64,000 nucleotides of DNA, taken from the NCBI GenBank assembly GCA_905178155.1, contig CAJINV010000010.1, positions 2,054,778 to 2,118,777 of the forward strand, given 5' to 3'. The first letter of the stretch is position 1; each line of letters begins with the position of its first letter. Shown here piece after piece: positions 25,162 to 36,904 of the stretch. A program made the position numbers and the translations under genes. A model generated the notes under the pieces. It did no database searches. It was given only the letters and a program-made list of their open reading frames with translations, and was not told the origin of the DNA. Origin of the DNA: Amoebophrya sp. A120. Its lineage: Eukaryota > Protista > Dinoflagellata.

Positions 25162-26247
25162 GTACTACTTTTAGTTCACGTTCAACTCGCTGTTCATTAC
25201 TAAATTCTTGCATGTATTAGATCGGAAGTGGTCGTTTGTTTTGCTCTTGGATGGATGCATTTTCATCCTGATTGATAGACTTAGTAAGATGAAGTTGAAG
25301 TACTTCGTTGTGCGGTTGAATGATTCTTCGTGTTGAAGTCGGTTGTTGATAAAAATCGAAGGAAGGCACTTCCACTGCTTGTTCTGGATAAAATTAGTTT
25401 CCACTTCTTGCTAACCTTGTGGTTGCCAGTTGTGCAGGAGCTGTGCCTGAATATTAATCTTGTGATCGCGAGAAGCTGCTCCGGGGTCGTTTTACTTCTA
25501 GTTGTTCCACTTTATTTCTTCTCCCGTCGTTCTCGGCGCCACAGCTGCCACTCCCTCCGCCTCGAGACGGGTAGAGGTGCTGTACTGTTACTTTTAGTTC
25601 ATCACGTTCATCTCGTTATTATATTTTTGCATGTATCAATAGACCGGAAGTCGTTTGTTTTGCTCTTGGATGGATGCATTTGCATCCTGATTGATTTAGT
25701 GAGAAGTACTACTTCTAACGTTGTGCGGTTGAATGATCCTTCCTCTTCGTGAAGTCGGTTGTTGATAAAAATCGAAGGAAGGCACTTCAACTGCTGGTAG
25801 TTGTAGTGCTGCTTCTGGATAAAATTAGTTCCCACTTCTTGCTAACCTTGTGGTTGCCAGTTGTGCAGGAGTTGTGCAGAAGTTGTGCCTGAATATTAAT
25901 CTTGTGATCGCCAGAACCTGCTCCGGGGTCGTTGTAAGTACTAGTTGTTCCACTTTATTATTATTTCTACTTCTCCTATCCAACGAAAAAACTGTGTAGG
26001 TGTAATTTTCTTGGAGGAATAGCATCACAAGTTTGCTCTGCATGACACAGAAAACCTGTCATGCGTATCCAGTACCTGAAAACACGAAGGAAAGAGCCTC
26101 CGACGCACATCCAGCATGACAAGTGTAGCAGTTTTGCATTTTCATCTGCATCACAGACTTACACTCACATAGTTTTTTTCTTGCATATCTCCCGTCGGTC
26201 TCGGCGCCACAGCTGCCACTTCCTCCGCCTCGAGACGGGTAGAGGTG
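25162..26247. repeat. Diverged tandem duplication (about 420-450 bp unit)
   Basis: About 25162-25580 aligns with about 25582-26247 once element 25977-26187 is removed. Confidence 0.85.
25977..26187. mobile_element. Introner-family MITE, family G
   Basis: Perfect TSD TCTCC; empty paralogous site at 25520-25524. Confidence 0.92.
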
Positions 26248-26261
26248 TTGTGCAGAAGATG

Positions 26262-26406
26262 TATCCTGTGCAAAAGTATCGTACTCGTATTGCAATCATG
26301 CATGACACATCTTTTTCTTAACCTTAATCAGCATTACAAATTTTATTTGTCATGCTGAGGAAATTTGTAATGCATTTATACGAGTACGATACTTTTGCAG
26401 TTCATA
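26262..26406. mobile_element. Introner-family MITE, family B
   Basis: TIR TGCAAAAGTATCGTACTCGTAT; perfect TSD AGATG. Confidence 0.92.
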
Positions 26407-29197
26407 AGATGAAGACGTGGTCAACTATAAGCTTGCCGCAGCAGCAGCCCCTCTGCTTTTGTTCCCAGCAGCTTGAAACAAATAGGGCAGCTCTTCTTGG
26501 AAGTTGGTAGTGGTAGTGGTCTCGTATTTCTTTGACGGCAAAATACCACCTTCTTTCGTGTGGTGGTATTCTTGTTTTACTTTTTTGTGTTAATACCAAC
26601 GGCTTTTAGTTCTTCTTCTTTGATAGTCGCAGTCGCAATGTCGGAACTTCTTGTGAAGTTGTTGTTAATCCAATCATATAAAACCGCTTTGTCGAAGCGG
26701 TTTCATAGTTCTTCGAAAAAAATTCTCTTCGCTTTATTGCTCGTTCAGCCAAGAAAATTCCTTCAACATCTTCGTCATTCCTGAAGTAGTAGAAGATGCT
26801 ATTGAAACCAATTACTGTCAGCATTTCTTTTCGTGTCGGCCTCGCCCTCGGTCGCGTCCGTTCTGTTTATTTTCGAGTTCAGGTCGACGTTGCCCGACAA
26901 ATTGAAATTCATCTTGTTTTCGTTGTCCCTGTCTACGTGGTCTTTGTGTAGTTTTTGCAGAAGTTGTTCGCTACTTCGCCTTTTTTTCTCGACCCACAAG
27001 ACAGGACCGGTTCGTCGTGGTTGTGGTGGTGGTCACAAAGAATCGTATCGCGTTCTTGTGGCGCTGGCGCTGGTTCTACCTTGTAATATTGATATTCTGT
27101 ATTTTTCTACGGTACCCGACTGCTGCTTCGCTTCTGTTTGTAGTACAGCTTTCTTCGCCATTCACCATCTGCCCGCCAGATGTCTCCTTTACTATCTGTA
27201 CCTTCACACAGCTGAAGTAGCTGTTCAACAATCTGCTGGAAGTTGTCTGGAGCTGCGGTTCGTTTAGAAAAAAACTACTGCAGCAGCCATCGCAATTTAA
27301 TACGCCTCGATTTCTCGTCGGTAAATGCGATGCGCTGCCAGTGACTCAGTGGTCTGGGTCGGTAAAGTAATTCTAGCAGCGGTCAAAATGACAAATCGAA
27401 CTTCTTCCCACGACCACTTTCTTGCCGTAGTCGTGCGCCCGCGAACGCAAGCACGAAGTACTTGTGGTCCTCAAAATAAACTGAATCTCCAGAGAACCAG
27501 GGCCAGCAGTAACAAGTACTAACTTGCTTCCTCGCCGGTGCTAATCAAAGTGTTGTTCTTCAGGAGATCATGCTTTTATTTCTGTCAAAGTTTCTCGCCC
27601 TTGTTGCGCCTTGACCTTGAAAAGCAAGTAGTTGTAGTCGCCTCCAGTATTGAACTGCGTTGCGATCGCCTCTACTTCGCATTCGCAGCAAAATAGTAAA
27701 ATTCGGAGGAACAGTTGATGTGGAGAAACCAGCTATAATAAGCGGTAGCCATCAAGCGATTGGCAACGAAAGAAAAAGTGACGTCGCTTTGCCATGGACT
27801 TATTCATCCATAGCTGCGATATTACCAATTGTGCCAATACGAATTATTCAGTAGCAGTTGCGAAAATGCTTCTCTCCCAGAAGACACGCCCTGTTGACCA
27901 TCAGTGTGGTACTTCAATGGTTAACTAACCACGACCAGCGACGGCACTAGGTCTAGGACTAGCTTCTCAAAAATCCTATAATTTGCAGTGGGATTCGATA
28001 TTCAGTAAAATTCAAGGAAGTTGTACATGAGTTTCGATTTCTGAGACGAAAGCGAAGTCGGTTGAATAAATAACTTACCAAATACGTAAATGTTTGGATC
28101 GCTGCCTGGGTTATTGTTCTTTGTTGTTTTCTGAATCAATGTTCCTTCGTGGTTTCTTTTCTACGATTCTTCGGCACAGAAATTGTCTCTGAGTAAGGAA
28201 CAGGTAGTTCCCAAAAAGAAAAAAGAAAAACGCCGCCGCTGCTTATTTGGTTTTTTTTGCTTTTGGTCGCGATAAAGCTTAAGCTCAGGGTTGTTTGTTG
28301 TTGTATCGGATCTCTATCTTTATCATCTCATGTTTCAGGAACAACACGCCGAAGAACTGCAAGACAATAGTACATCAAAGCACCACTACTTTCGCCGTGC
28401 CGGAAAATAAAGCGCAGCTAGTACAACTAGAACATCGAGGAAAGTAAAAAATGCTGCAGCCGATGAACGCGGTTTCGTTTGTTGAGTGAAAAATGAAATA
28501 CGTAAAAAAACGAATCAGATCTTGGTCGACCAGGAGGATCACAACTCATCAAAGGTCGGATGTCTGTGCAAATAACGCGATCCAGCGGACGCGGAGCGTA
28601 CTTTCTTATATCAATGAAGTATGCACCGTATGCACCACCTAGCTCTACTGCTACCCTCCATCTCGACGTCAATAGGGACATGTTGAAGGTGATGGTGAAG
28701 ATCCACCTCCACGACGAGAAAGTAGAAACCTCCAGCCAAAAAGAGGATCGAATCTAACTCTAGCATGTGGAGGAAGACTAGTATAGAGTGATACGTAATT
28801 CTAACTGCCGCGAACGCGGTAGTACAACTCTACTAGTTTTGCAAGGAAGAACATCGAACAAGCTGCAGAAGTCCAGTGCATCTTCTCGAGAAACCCTTCT
28901 GTTTTGTTGTGTCTGCAAACAACAACTGCCAGTTTATTTTTCTTGTAGCGAAATAAAGTCACACCGGGACACGAGCGCAATCGTGTCCCCAGTTGCGTCG
29001 TATCTCTTCCACGAATTTATGTGACGATCATCGGTTTTCAACTTCGCGGCTTTTGACACAGAAGCGCGAAGATTGATGATTGAAATTGAAAAAGTCATAC
29101 GAACTAAGATCATCATTCACATACACGTTCACCACACCACGGCGCGACAGGAGCAGACTTCAGCAGCTCTTAAGGAGCCCAAGAACTTGTCAACTGT

Positions 29198-32100
29198 TCA
29201 TCTTGACCCAGCAGCATTCGCCAGGTCTTTCGCGACCACGGCCTGGCAGATCGGGTGGTAAAAGTTCTTGTGCGTCTCAAACAGCTCATTCGCTACTTCG
29301 ACCGAGCACTTCGCCAGGGATCGGTACAGCGGTCGCGTGTACTTCATCCGGCCTTGGCTGGTCAGCATTTTCGCGACTTTATCGTAAAGCCGTTTCCAGT
29401 GCGGTGTTTTCAAATTCAGCTGGTACCACTGAAAAAGCAGCTCGCAGTTCTGCGTGGTATCCAAGCCGGTCAGGGACGATTCGAGCAGGTTATCAAATGT
29501 AAAAGTGTCTGGGTGTGGAAGATTCTGAGACTTGTCACGCATGTTCTGCATGACCCAGGATGTCTGTATTATGCATGACCTAGCATCACACATTTTTAGA
29601 GGGCTTCCTGATCCTGATGCCTACTCCGCATGACAAACGGCCTCCCGGCGTAGCACAAACTAGACTTCTCTTGCTGGTCATGCAATACAGATTTTTTTAG
29701 AGTCCAAAGTTAGCATCACAAGTTGGTTCCAACCTTCCCGACCCAGACATTTTTGCATTTGATACAGGTCTAACTTCGACAACTCGCTATACGGGTTTCC
29801 GTTTGTTGCTGCTGAGGCTAACTGGTTCAACTTTTCAAAAAACATATGGCGTTCTCAAATGTTACATTCTCAACTGTTAGATGAACTTACAATGCAAGAC
29901 TAGGAAAAGTGAAAGGGGGGATATTGCGCCTTTTGCATTACAGGTTTGGTGCAGATTCTAATGCTACCTATCGCGCCAAGAACTTGTCATGCGAAGCAGC
30001 TTGATAATGTACACACTTATGGCATTTTTGCATGACAAATTCATGTAACAGCTAAGAATGTAACGTTTGAGAGTCCCATAAAACACCAACCTCTGTTCGG
30101 TTCGCCAGACTGACCAGAAGGAGTATGGGAGTGTCAGGATCGAAATCGACAAAATCGAAAAATTTGCAATGCATAAAATGGATTCCAGATCGAACCCAGT
30201 TTCTAAGTGGCGCATGACAAATTCTGGTAGTGCCTAAATCGAGTTTGTAATGCTGTTTAGGCAGAGAAGGCTGATTCTCTCATGCTGCTTTAGCAGCTCG
30301 AGCTATAACCCCAAACAGGCCTACAACCGGCCTCACTTGCCTGCTCTGCAACACACGTGTTTCGCGTCATGCATTTTATGCATCACAAATTTTTCGATTT
30401 TGTCAATTTCGATCCTGACAGTTCCATAAGGAGACTGTTTGCTGTATAACCCGCGCAGGTGTTACAATCTCAAACGTTACAATAGAATATGGAAATCTGT
30501 GATGCATGAGCGCATGATCTGGCCAGCTCTCATAGGATTGCGCATGACAAGTTCTGGAGTCCTAATCCGCACTACTATCTGGCGAAATTTGTATTGCAGA
30601 AAGTGGAATGCTGTCCGAGTCTGTCATGTGTATCATGCAAGACAAGTCTCAGATTCTATTGTAATGTTTGAGATTGTAACGCTTGAGCAGGTCATATGCT
30701 TCTTCAACTCCTGCGCGCCGTGGTCGTCCTCGCCGGCAGATAGAGTTAGCTCGTGCCAGTCTGTTACAGTGAAAAATGCCCCCACCCCCAAAGTTGCAAA
30801 AATTTGTGTTTCCAAATGAAAACTTTTTGCCATGCATAAAAGGAGTATGAATCTTTCTGATGCAGCGTCGAGGCGTGTATCGAATGGCTTGCATGACAAG
30901 CGCCACTTTTGCTGGGGTCTTTTGCAGTACAAACTTTTGCTATTCACTATGTCTTGGAAATCTGTCATGCTGATAGATGCAAGAGGGCGAATGTTTCATT
31001 TGGAAAGGTTTGCAATACAAATGCTACCAAGTTGGGGGTCGGGAGCATTTTTCACTTTGATACAGTCGCTCGCGAGCGTTTCCGCGTCCTGGATGGAGAC
31101 GGACTCGAAGGGGTAGGGCAGGTCCGGCATCCCGGGCTGAAAGTACCACTTGCCCCAATCGAGAGTCTTTGGATTGTTCGCCACTTGTGGACACTGGGCG
31201 CAGACGAACTCCCGGAACTCCCTCGCCGTGATGGTTTTGAACTTGAAGGTTTGTATGTAGGGTTTCACAATCTCCTTCAGAAACTTCTCCTCGCCCACGA
31301 TCTGCTCAATGGTGTGCAACAAATTGCACCCCTTCTCGTAGTATGCACTGCAAAAGTATGGCACGACTCGGGTCGCATTCATTTTTTCCTAAATTGCACC
31401 AGCAAATACGCATGACGATTTTTTTTCCTAGGAAAAATCCGCATGTTGACAAATTCGAGTTGTAAAGCTGAGCAACTTTGTAATGCAATTTCTACTAGTA
31501 CGATGATACTTTTGCAGTGCATACGTACGGAACCGCGGAAAAAACGTCGTCTGGGTCGATCTCCTATCCTGTGCAACAGTATCGTACTCGTAGTAATGGC
31601 GTTCCTGCAATACAAATATTCCTCTTAAGGTAAATCCGCAGTACAAATTTTATTTCTCATGCTGGGAAAGTTTGTAATGCATTTATACGAGTACAATACT
31701 TTTGCACAGCATATCTCCGCGGACAGGTCCGGGACGAGCTTGGTGTACTGCGGTTGCTTATGCATTGCAAATATGTTGTCTGGGTCTGGAACTTGTGATG
31801 CAAGGTAGGGAATAATGAGCACACTGTAATTATCCGCTGCCCAGCATGACAAGTTTTTCCGTGGTTCTAGATCTAGGTTGCGTACTCTGCATGATAAACT
31901 GCGTTTTTGCATGAAAGGCAAGAGGAGCTCTTCGCGGCCACGCAATACAGAGTTCAGAGTCATCATGCCAGACTAGCATAACAAATCTCGTCGCAACTAC
32001 TTTCCAGACTCAGACTCATATTTGCAGTACGTATTGCTTTATAGATTCAAAATGCGCCACCGAGGCCTTCAAGTGCGCCACCCCGTTCTGGGACGCGACC

Positions 32101-34348
32101 GAATGGGCTTCTTTCGCCAGTTTCTTCGCTTCGTCGTCGGAAATCGGTGGCTGTTGTTTTTTCGCCTGCTGGTACACAAACTCCTGCTTGATTTTCCGCT
32201 CCAGCCACACCGTCCACCCTTCGTTCAGCCAGAAGTGCTCCCAGGTACAGTTAGTCACGACCTGACAGGATCAAATTTTTAGATGAAATTTGCATTGCGG
32301 ATATTAAGTGAGATCATGATACTTTATTCCCATTCGCTGCACATGATGATCACGCATGAGCATGACAAAGAAAAAGAAAAAGAAAAACTCAGATCGAAAA
32401 ATATCAAGTACGTTCCCGGTCCAGCTGTGCGAAATTTCGTGCGCTACCACATCTGCCAACGACCGGTCGCCCGCGAGCAAGGTCGGCGTCACAAATGTCA
32501 GACACGGGTTTTCCATGCCCCCGTAGGGGAAGCTGGGAGGTAACGACAACACGTCGTACCTCCCCCATTGGTACTCTAGCCCCGTGATTTGCTCCGCGAT
32601 TTGCAGAAATTCCTCCGTTTCCGCGAACTCCCACGCGACCTTCTCAATGTCCTCCCTCTCCGCCCAGACGTCGCAGCGGTGGGAGATTTGTTTTTTCACA
32701 ATGTCCCCGCAGACCAACGCGATGAGGTAGCTAGGAACCGGGATTTTCTGCTCGAATTTGAACGATTTGTACTCCTGTCTTTCCCCGCTGCTCGTCTTCC
32801 CCATCGAAAACTGCTCCTTGCTGAAGACCGCGGACATCAGCGCCTGCGCCCAAACGGGGCAGTGGATCACGGCGGTATAGGCGCACTTCGCCGACGGGCA
32901 GTCCTGCACGGGGAGTAGACTTCTCGCGTGGATGGCCTGGCACTGAGTGAAAAGGTAGGGGTATTTTTTCCCGGTCGTCGCTTCGGGCTTGACCTATCCT
33001 GAGTAAAAACGTACCCACACCAGAGTTGCCATCCAGATTTGCCATGACAGGAACAGTTGTGATGCGCAACCCCATGACAGGCATTTTCAATCGTGTTTGG
33101 ACACTTGTAATGCTGTAAACAGGATTAGCAGATCGATTTGCGATGCGGCTTTCCTTGCTAACTTGCACTACCTTACGGACTGAAACTTGTCAGCGTGACT
33201 CCCAAAACTCCTAGGTTTGTGTTGCAAAATGCCCATCTTGACTCTGGTGTGGGGACGTTTTTAATCAGGATATGACCCACTGCGTGCTCATCGCATCGAC
33301 GCCGGTCTCGTAGCGAATGCGGAGTTTGACGGCTAAGTCCGGTTTTTCCGCGACCGTTTGCTTGTCGAGTGCCGAGGATTCCGGCAACGCGCAATGGAGT
33401 GACTTGCCGAAAACCTTGTGCTCGGACTGTAGCAACCTATACGGCGAAGACCGGAACACCGAGCAACTCTGGGCCGTGCACAGGGCGGAGCTGACCCCGA
33501 GAATTTTCATCCCGCCGTTTGTGTCCAGCACAAACTGCCGCATAGCCCCCGAAGTAGACTCGTCGAGCTTGAGGACGGATTTTGCCGGAATCGTGTAGGT
33601 GACGGAACCGAAGAGTTTTGTGTTGTCAAAATCGACGGTGAGGTTGAGCTCCATGAAGCTCGCAGTAGTCTTCTGCTAAGTAAAAACGTCCTGACCCCAG
33701 AGTTGTCTTTGTCATGCAAATCCGCATGACTAAAATGCTTCTCATGCGCAACCCCATGATGAGCAGCTCTTTCTCATGCTGTCTCAGTAATACTTTGTCA
33801 TGCTCTAATCAGGATAGGGAGCCGGGTTTGTGATGCGGGATCACTAGCCAGACCCAGATACGACCACTACACTAAAGTCCCAAACTTGTCATGCGCAACC
33901 TCCAGAACTTGCTGATTTGTGTAGCAAAAGTCCCTTCTTGGCTCTGGGGTGGGAGCGTTTTTACCTACGATAAATCTCGCTCGCATTGGACAGCGTCGAA
34001 AAATCCTTGACGCGAGCGTCCATGGTGCCGAGCTTGGCGGCGTGGATTGCAAAAATGTCTGGGTCTGTAAGATTCTAAACTTGTAATGCTGTCTCTGGAT
34101 TCTAAAAAAATTTGTGTTGCATGACCAGCAAGAGGACTCCAGTTTATTGTGCTAGGCGGAAAGGGTATTTCTCATGCGGTAGAGGCATCGAGAAGCTCTC
34201 TAAAAATCTGTGATGCTAGGGCATGCATCACAGACATCGTGGATCATTCAAAATATGCATGACAAACCTGGCAATCTTCCAGACGCAGACATTTCTGCAG
34301 TTGATAGGCGGCGAAATCGGCTTGATCTTCGCCGATAAGCGGGGACAT
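29198..34348 (-). CDS. LTA4H: Leukotriene A4 hydrolase / M1-family zinc aminopeptidase, 13 exons
   Basis: [31 protein letters not shown]-x18-E ([26 protein letters not shown]), [14 protein letters not shown] and [11 protein letters not shown]. Assembled across 11 introners and the GT-AG intron 32262-32411. Confidence 0.95.
29491..29764. mobile_element. Introner, family A
   Basis: Family-A TIR; perfect TSD CAGGT; inverted relative to 24432/51929. Confidence 0.92.
29845..30080. mobile_element. Introner, family H
   Basis: TATGGCGTTCTCAAATGTTACATTCT...AGAATGTAACGTTTGAGAGTCCCATA; perfect TSD AAACA. Confidence 0.92.
30124..30428. mobile_element. Introner, family D
   Basis: Long TIR TGTCAGGATCGAAAT.GACAAAATCGAAAAATTTG; perfect TSD AGGAG. 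Confidence 0.93.
30445..30696. mobile_element. Introner, family K
   Basis: TIR GTTACAATCTCAAAC.TTACAATAGAAT; TSD TGCTG/TGCTT. Confidence 0.88.
30762..31062. mobile_element. Introner, family E
   Basis: Perfect TSD CAGTC; reverse-complement homologue of 19473. Confidence 0.92.
31342..31523. mobile_element. Introner, family B
   Basis: TIR TATGCACTGCAAAAGTAT; TSD CGTAG/CGTAC; splits the conserved VPYEKG motif. Confidence 0.9.
31565..31713. mobile_element. Introner, family B
   Basis: Family-B TIR; perfect TSD TCTCC. Confidence 0.92.
31759..32033. mobile_element. Introner, family A
   Basis: Family-A TIR; perfect TSD TTGCT. Confidence 0.88.
32995..33272. mobile_element. Introner, family F
   Basis: TATCCTGA.TAAAAACGT TIR; perfect TSD TGACC. 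Confidence 0.92.
33672..33972. mobile_element. Introner, family F (degenerate)
   Basis: GTAAAAACG..C..ACCCCAGAG TIR; TSD AGTCT/AATCT; absent from the paralogous site near 35882. Confidence 0.85.
34041..34306. mobile_element. Introner, family A
   Basis: Perfect TSD GGCGG; removal gives in-frame [22 protein letters not shown]. Confidence 0.9.
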
Positions 34349-35241
34349 CTTGCTTTTTTGCAGCGAGAACGTTCAGGAGCTTGGCCGGTCAGAATGAGAA
34401 TGCCAAAATGATTCTGATTTCGTTGATACTCTTCTATGATAAACGTTTCTCTGATTTTTACGTATGCAGTCTAGAAGGAATTTCCATCATTCGTCGCTGG
34501 TTTGAAGAAAAAGCTTGCTCATTACTGAGGGTTCCTTCATTTTCTTCACAATTGTGCTGGTCGCTCGTCGTTGCAAAATCTTCTTCAAAAATTGTTCTCT
34601 ATCTCTCCCTAGTTTTTCGGCAAAATAAAAAGTCTGTCTTCTTGTCGTAAACGTGATCTTCACATGGCAGTTGGCATAAAACACACCTTCATCTTCATCG
34701 TTTCACAACATCGAACGGGCGCTGCAGCATCTGCTCAGCACGACACCCGCTCACGAGGATGGTAATAAACAGAATTTGTGCTGCTCTGCTCGTTTTGAGC
34801 GGCCGATCACACTGTGAAAGCCGAAGCGGCTCCGTAACTGCCTGCTCTCTGTTGTGAAAAGTGCCAATCGACGGCACAAGCACCTCAACATCGTCATGAT
34901 CTTCACTAGGTGTGGCAGTTCAAGTTCGATGGCATAATTGGTAAACTAATTGTTGTTCATCTTCATTCCTGAATTCTTTGCTTTCACTTTCTCATCACTA
35001 GGTGTGGGTAACTAAGAACTCAGATCGTCCATGCTCAGGGTAAGAACTCGTCACTGCTAGATGTGGGAGGTAAGAACCCAGTTTCAGATGCCACTGACTG
35101 CGCATTTATTTCATCTACTTCACACAGCCGCGGCGTTCATGGTCTTGCATCAGCTTCAGCGTCGTCGGAAAATACTTCCAGCGCCGGTTCAAACTGGCCC
35201 GGAGCTGCGTGTATCCTGTCCAGGTCCGCGTTGGAGGGCCA

Positions 35242-35493
35242 TATCAAATGCAAAAGTGTCAGGGTCTGGAAACTTCTGATGCTGGGTGGCGTCTCATGAT
35301 GAGGCCACAAATGCTGGCTCAGCATCACAAGTTTCTGAGCCTCTAGGTGTTGCCTATTCTGCATGACAAACTGCGTCTCTGCATCACAGAAAAATGGAGC
35401 TCTTGAGTAACGTGCATGACAGATTTAAGAGTGATGCCAGACAAGCATGACAAACGTGCATTCTTCCAGACCCAGACATTTTTACATTTGATA
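35242..35493. mobile_element. Introner-family MITE, family A, at the duplication junction
   Basis: Near-identical to 21429/48775 but with non-matching flanks GGCCA/GGACT. Confidence 0.9.
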
Positions 35494-35573
35494 GGACTCG
35501 TCGAGCTTGAGGACGGATTTTGCCGGAATCGTGTAGGTGACGGAACCGAAGAGTTTTGTGTTGTCAAAATCGA

Positions 35574-35845
35574 TATCAGACGCAAAAGTGTCTGGGTCTG
35601 GAAGAGTGCGCGATTTGTCATGCAGCTTTTCCATGACCCATGAGGTCTGGAATGCAGGACCTAGCATGACAGATTCTGTGCGACCGATCTCTCTCATGCC
35701 TATCCTGCATGAGAAACTCCCTCCCGACTTGGTCAAAACTGGGCGACTTTTTCTTTTGGTAATCATGCAACACAGATTTTTGCATGCTTCAGATTTAGCA
35801 TGACAAGTTACATTCTTCCAGACCCAGACGTATTTGCATTTGATA
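35574..35845. mobile_element. Introner-family MITE, family A
   Basis: Perfect TSD ATCGA; empty site at 33631-33635. Confidence 0.93.
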
Positions 35846-35949
35846 ATCGACGGTGCGGTTTAGCTCCATGAAGCTCGCGGTGATCTCGCTCGCATTGGAC
35901 AGCGTCGAAAAATCCTTGACGCGAGCGTCCATGGTGCCGAGCTTGGCGG

Positions 35950-36215
35950 CATGGATTGCAAAACTGTCTGCGTCTGTAAGATTCTAAACTTGTAATGCTG
36001 CCTCTGGATTCTCAAAAAATTTGTGTTGCATGACCAGCAAGAGGACTCCAGTTTGTGCTAGGCGGAAAGGGTATTTCTCATGCGGTAGAGACATGATCGA
36101 AAAGCTCTCTAAAAATCTGTGACGCTAGGGCATGCATCACAGACATCGTGGATCATTCAAAATATGCATGACAAACCTGGCAATCTTCCAGACCCAGACA
36201 TTTCTGCAGTTGATA
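35950..36215. mobile_element. Introner, family A (duplicate of 34041)
   Basis: Same sequence and TSD GGCGG as 34041-34306. Confidence 0.9.
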
Positions 36216-36904
36216 GGCGGCGAAATCGGCTTGATCTTCGCCAATAAGCGGGGACATCTTGCTTTTATTTTGCTTTTGCTGCAGCGAGAACCTTCAGGAG
36301 GAGCTTGGCAAATCAGAACGAGAATGTTAGGATTTTATTCAAGATACTCTTCTATGATAAAAGTTTGACGTCGACATATACGGTCTAGTAGCTTTAGTTT
36401 TTATCATTCGTCGCTGGTTTGAAGAAGGAAAAGCATGCTAATGTTCTGTCTTCACATTTCTACTGGCCGCTCGCTGCAAAATATCCTTCAAAAACATTTC
36501 TCTCCCTTTTTCGTCAATAAATATGAATATAAGAAGTCTGTCTTCTTGTCGTAAACGGCAGCCGGCATAAAACACGCCTCGTTTTTCGTCTTGATCGCTG
36601 CACGACATCCAACGGGCATTGCAGCATCTGCTCAGCACGACACCCGCCCAGCACGAGGATGTTGGTAATAAACAGAATTTGTGCTGCTCTGGTTCTTTTT
36701 TGCGGCCGATCACACTGTGAACGCCGAGGGGGCTCATTGCTCGTCAATTCTTTGCTTTCACTTTCTCATCACTAGGTGTGGGTAACTAAGAACTCAGATC
36801 GTCCAAGCTCAGGGTAAGAACTCGTCACTAGATGTGGGAGGTAAGAACCCAGTTTCAGATGCCGCTGACTGCGCATTCCTTTCATCTTCACACAGCCGCG
36901 GTGT

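Larger units (their letters stand above)
35494..36257 (-). pseudogene. Duplicated 5' fragment of LTA4H (about 70 codons)
   Basis: Copy of 33557-34348 truncated after KSVLKLDES. Confidence 0.85.

Noticed and set aside
29491-32033. Repeat-spacer-repeat pattern as a CRISPR array
   Set aside because: The repeats are inverted pairs of dispersed elements, the spacers are exons of LTA4H, and no cas genes are present
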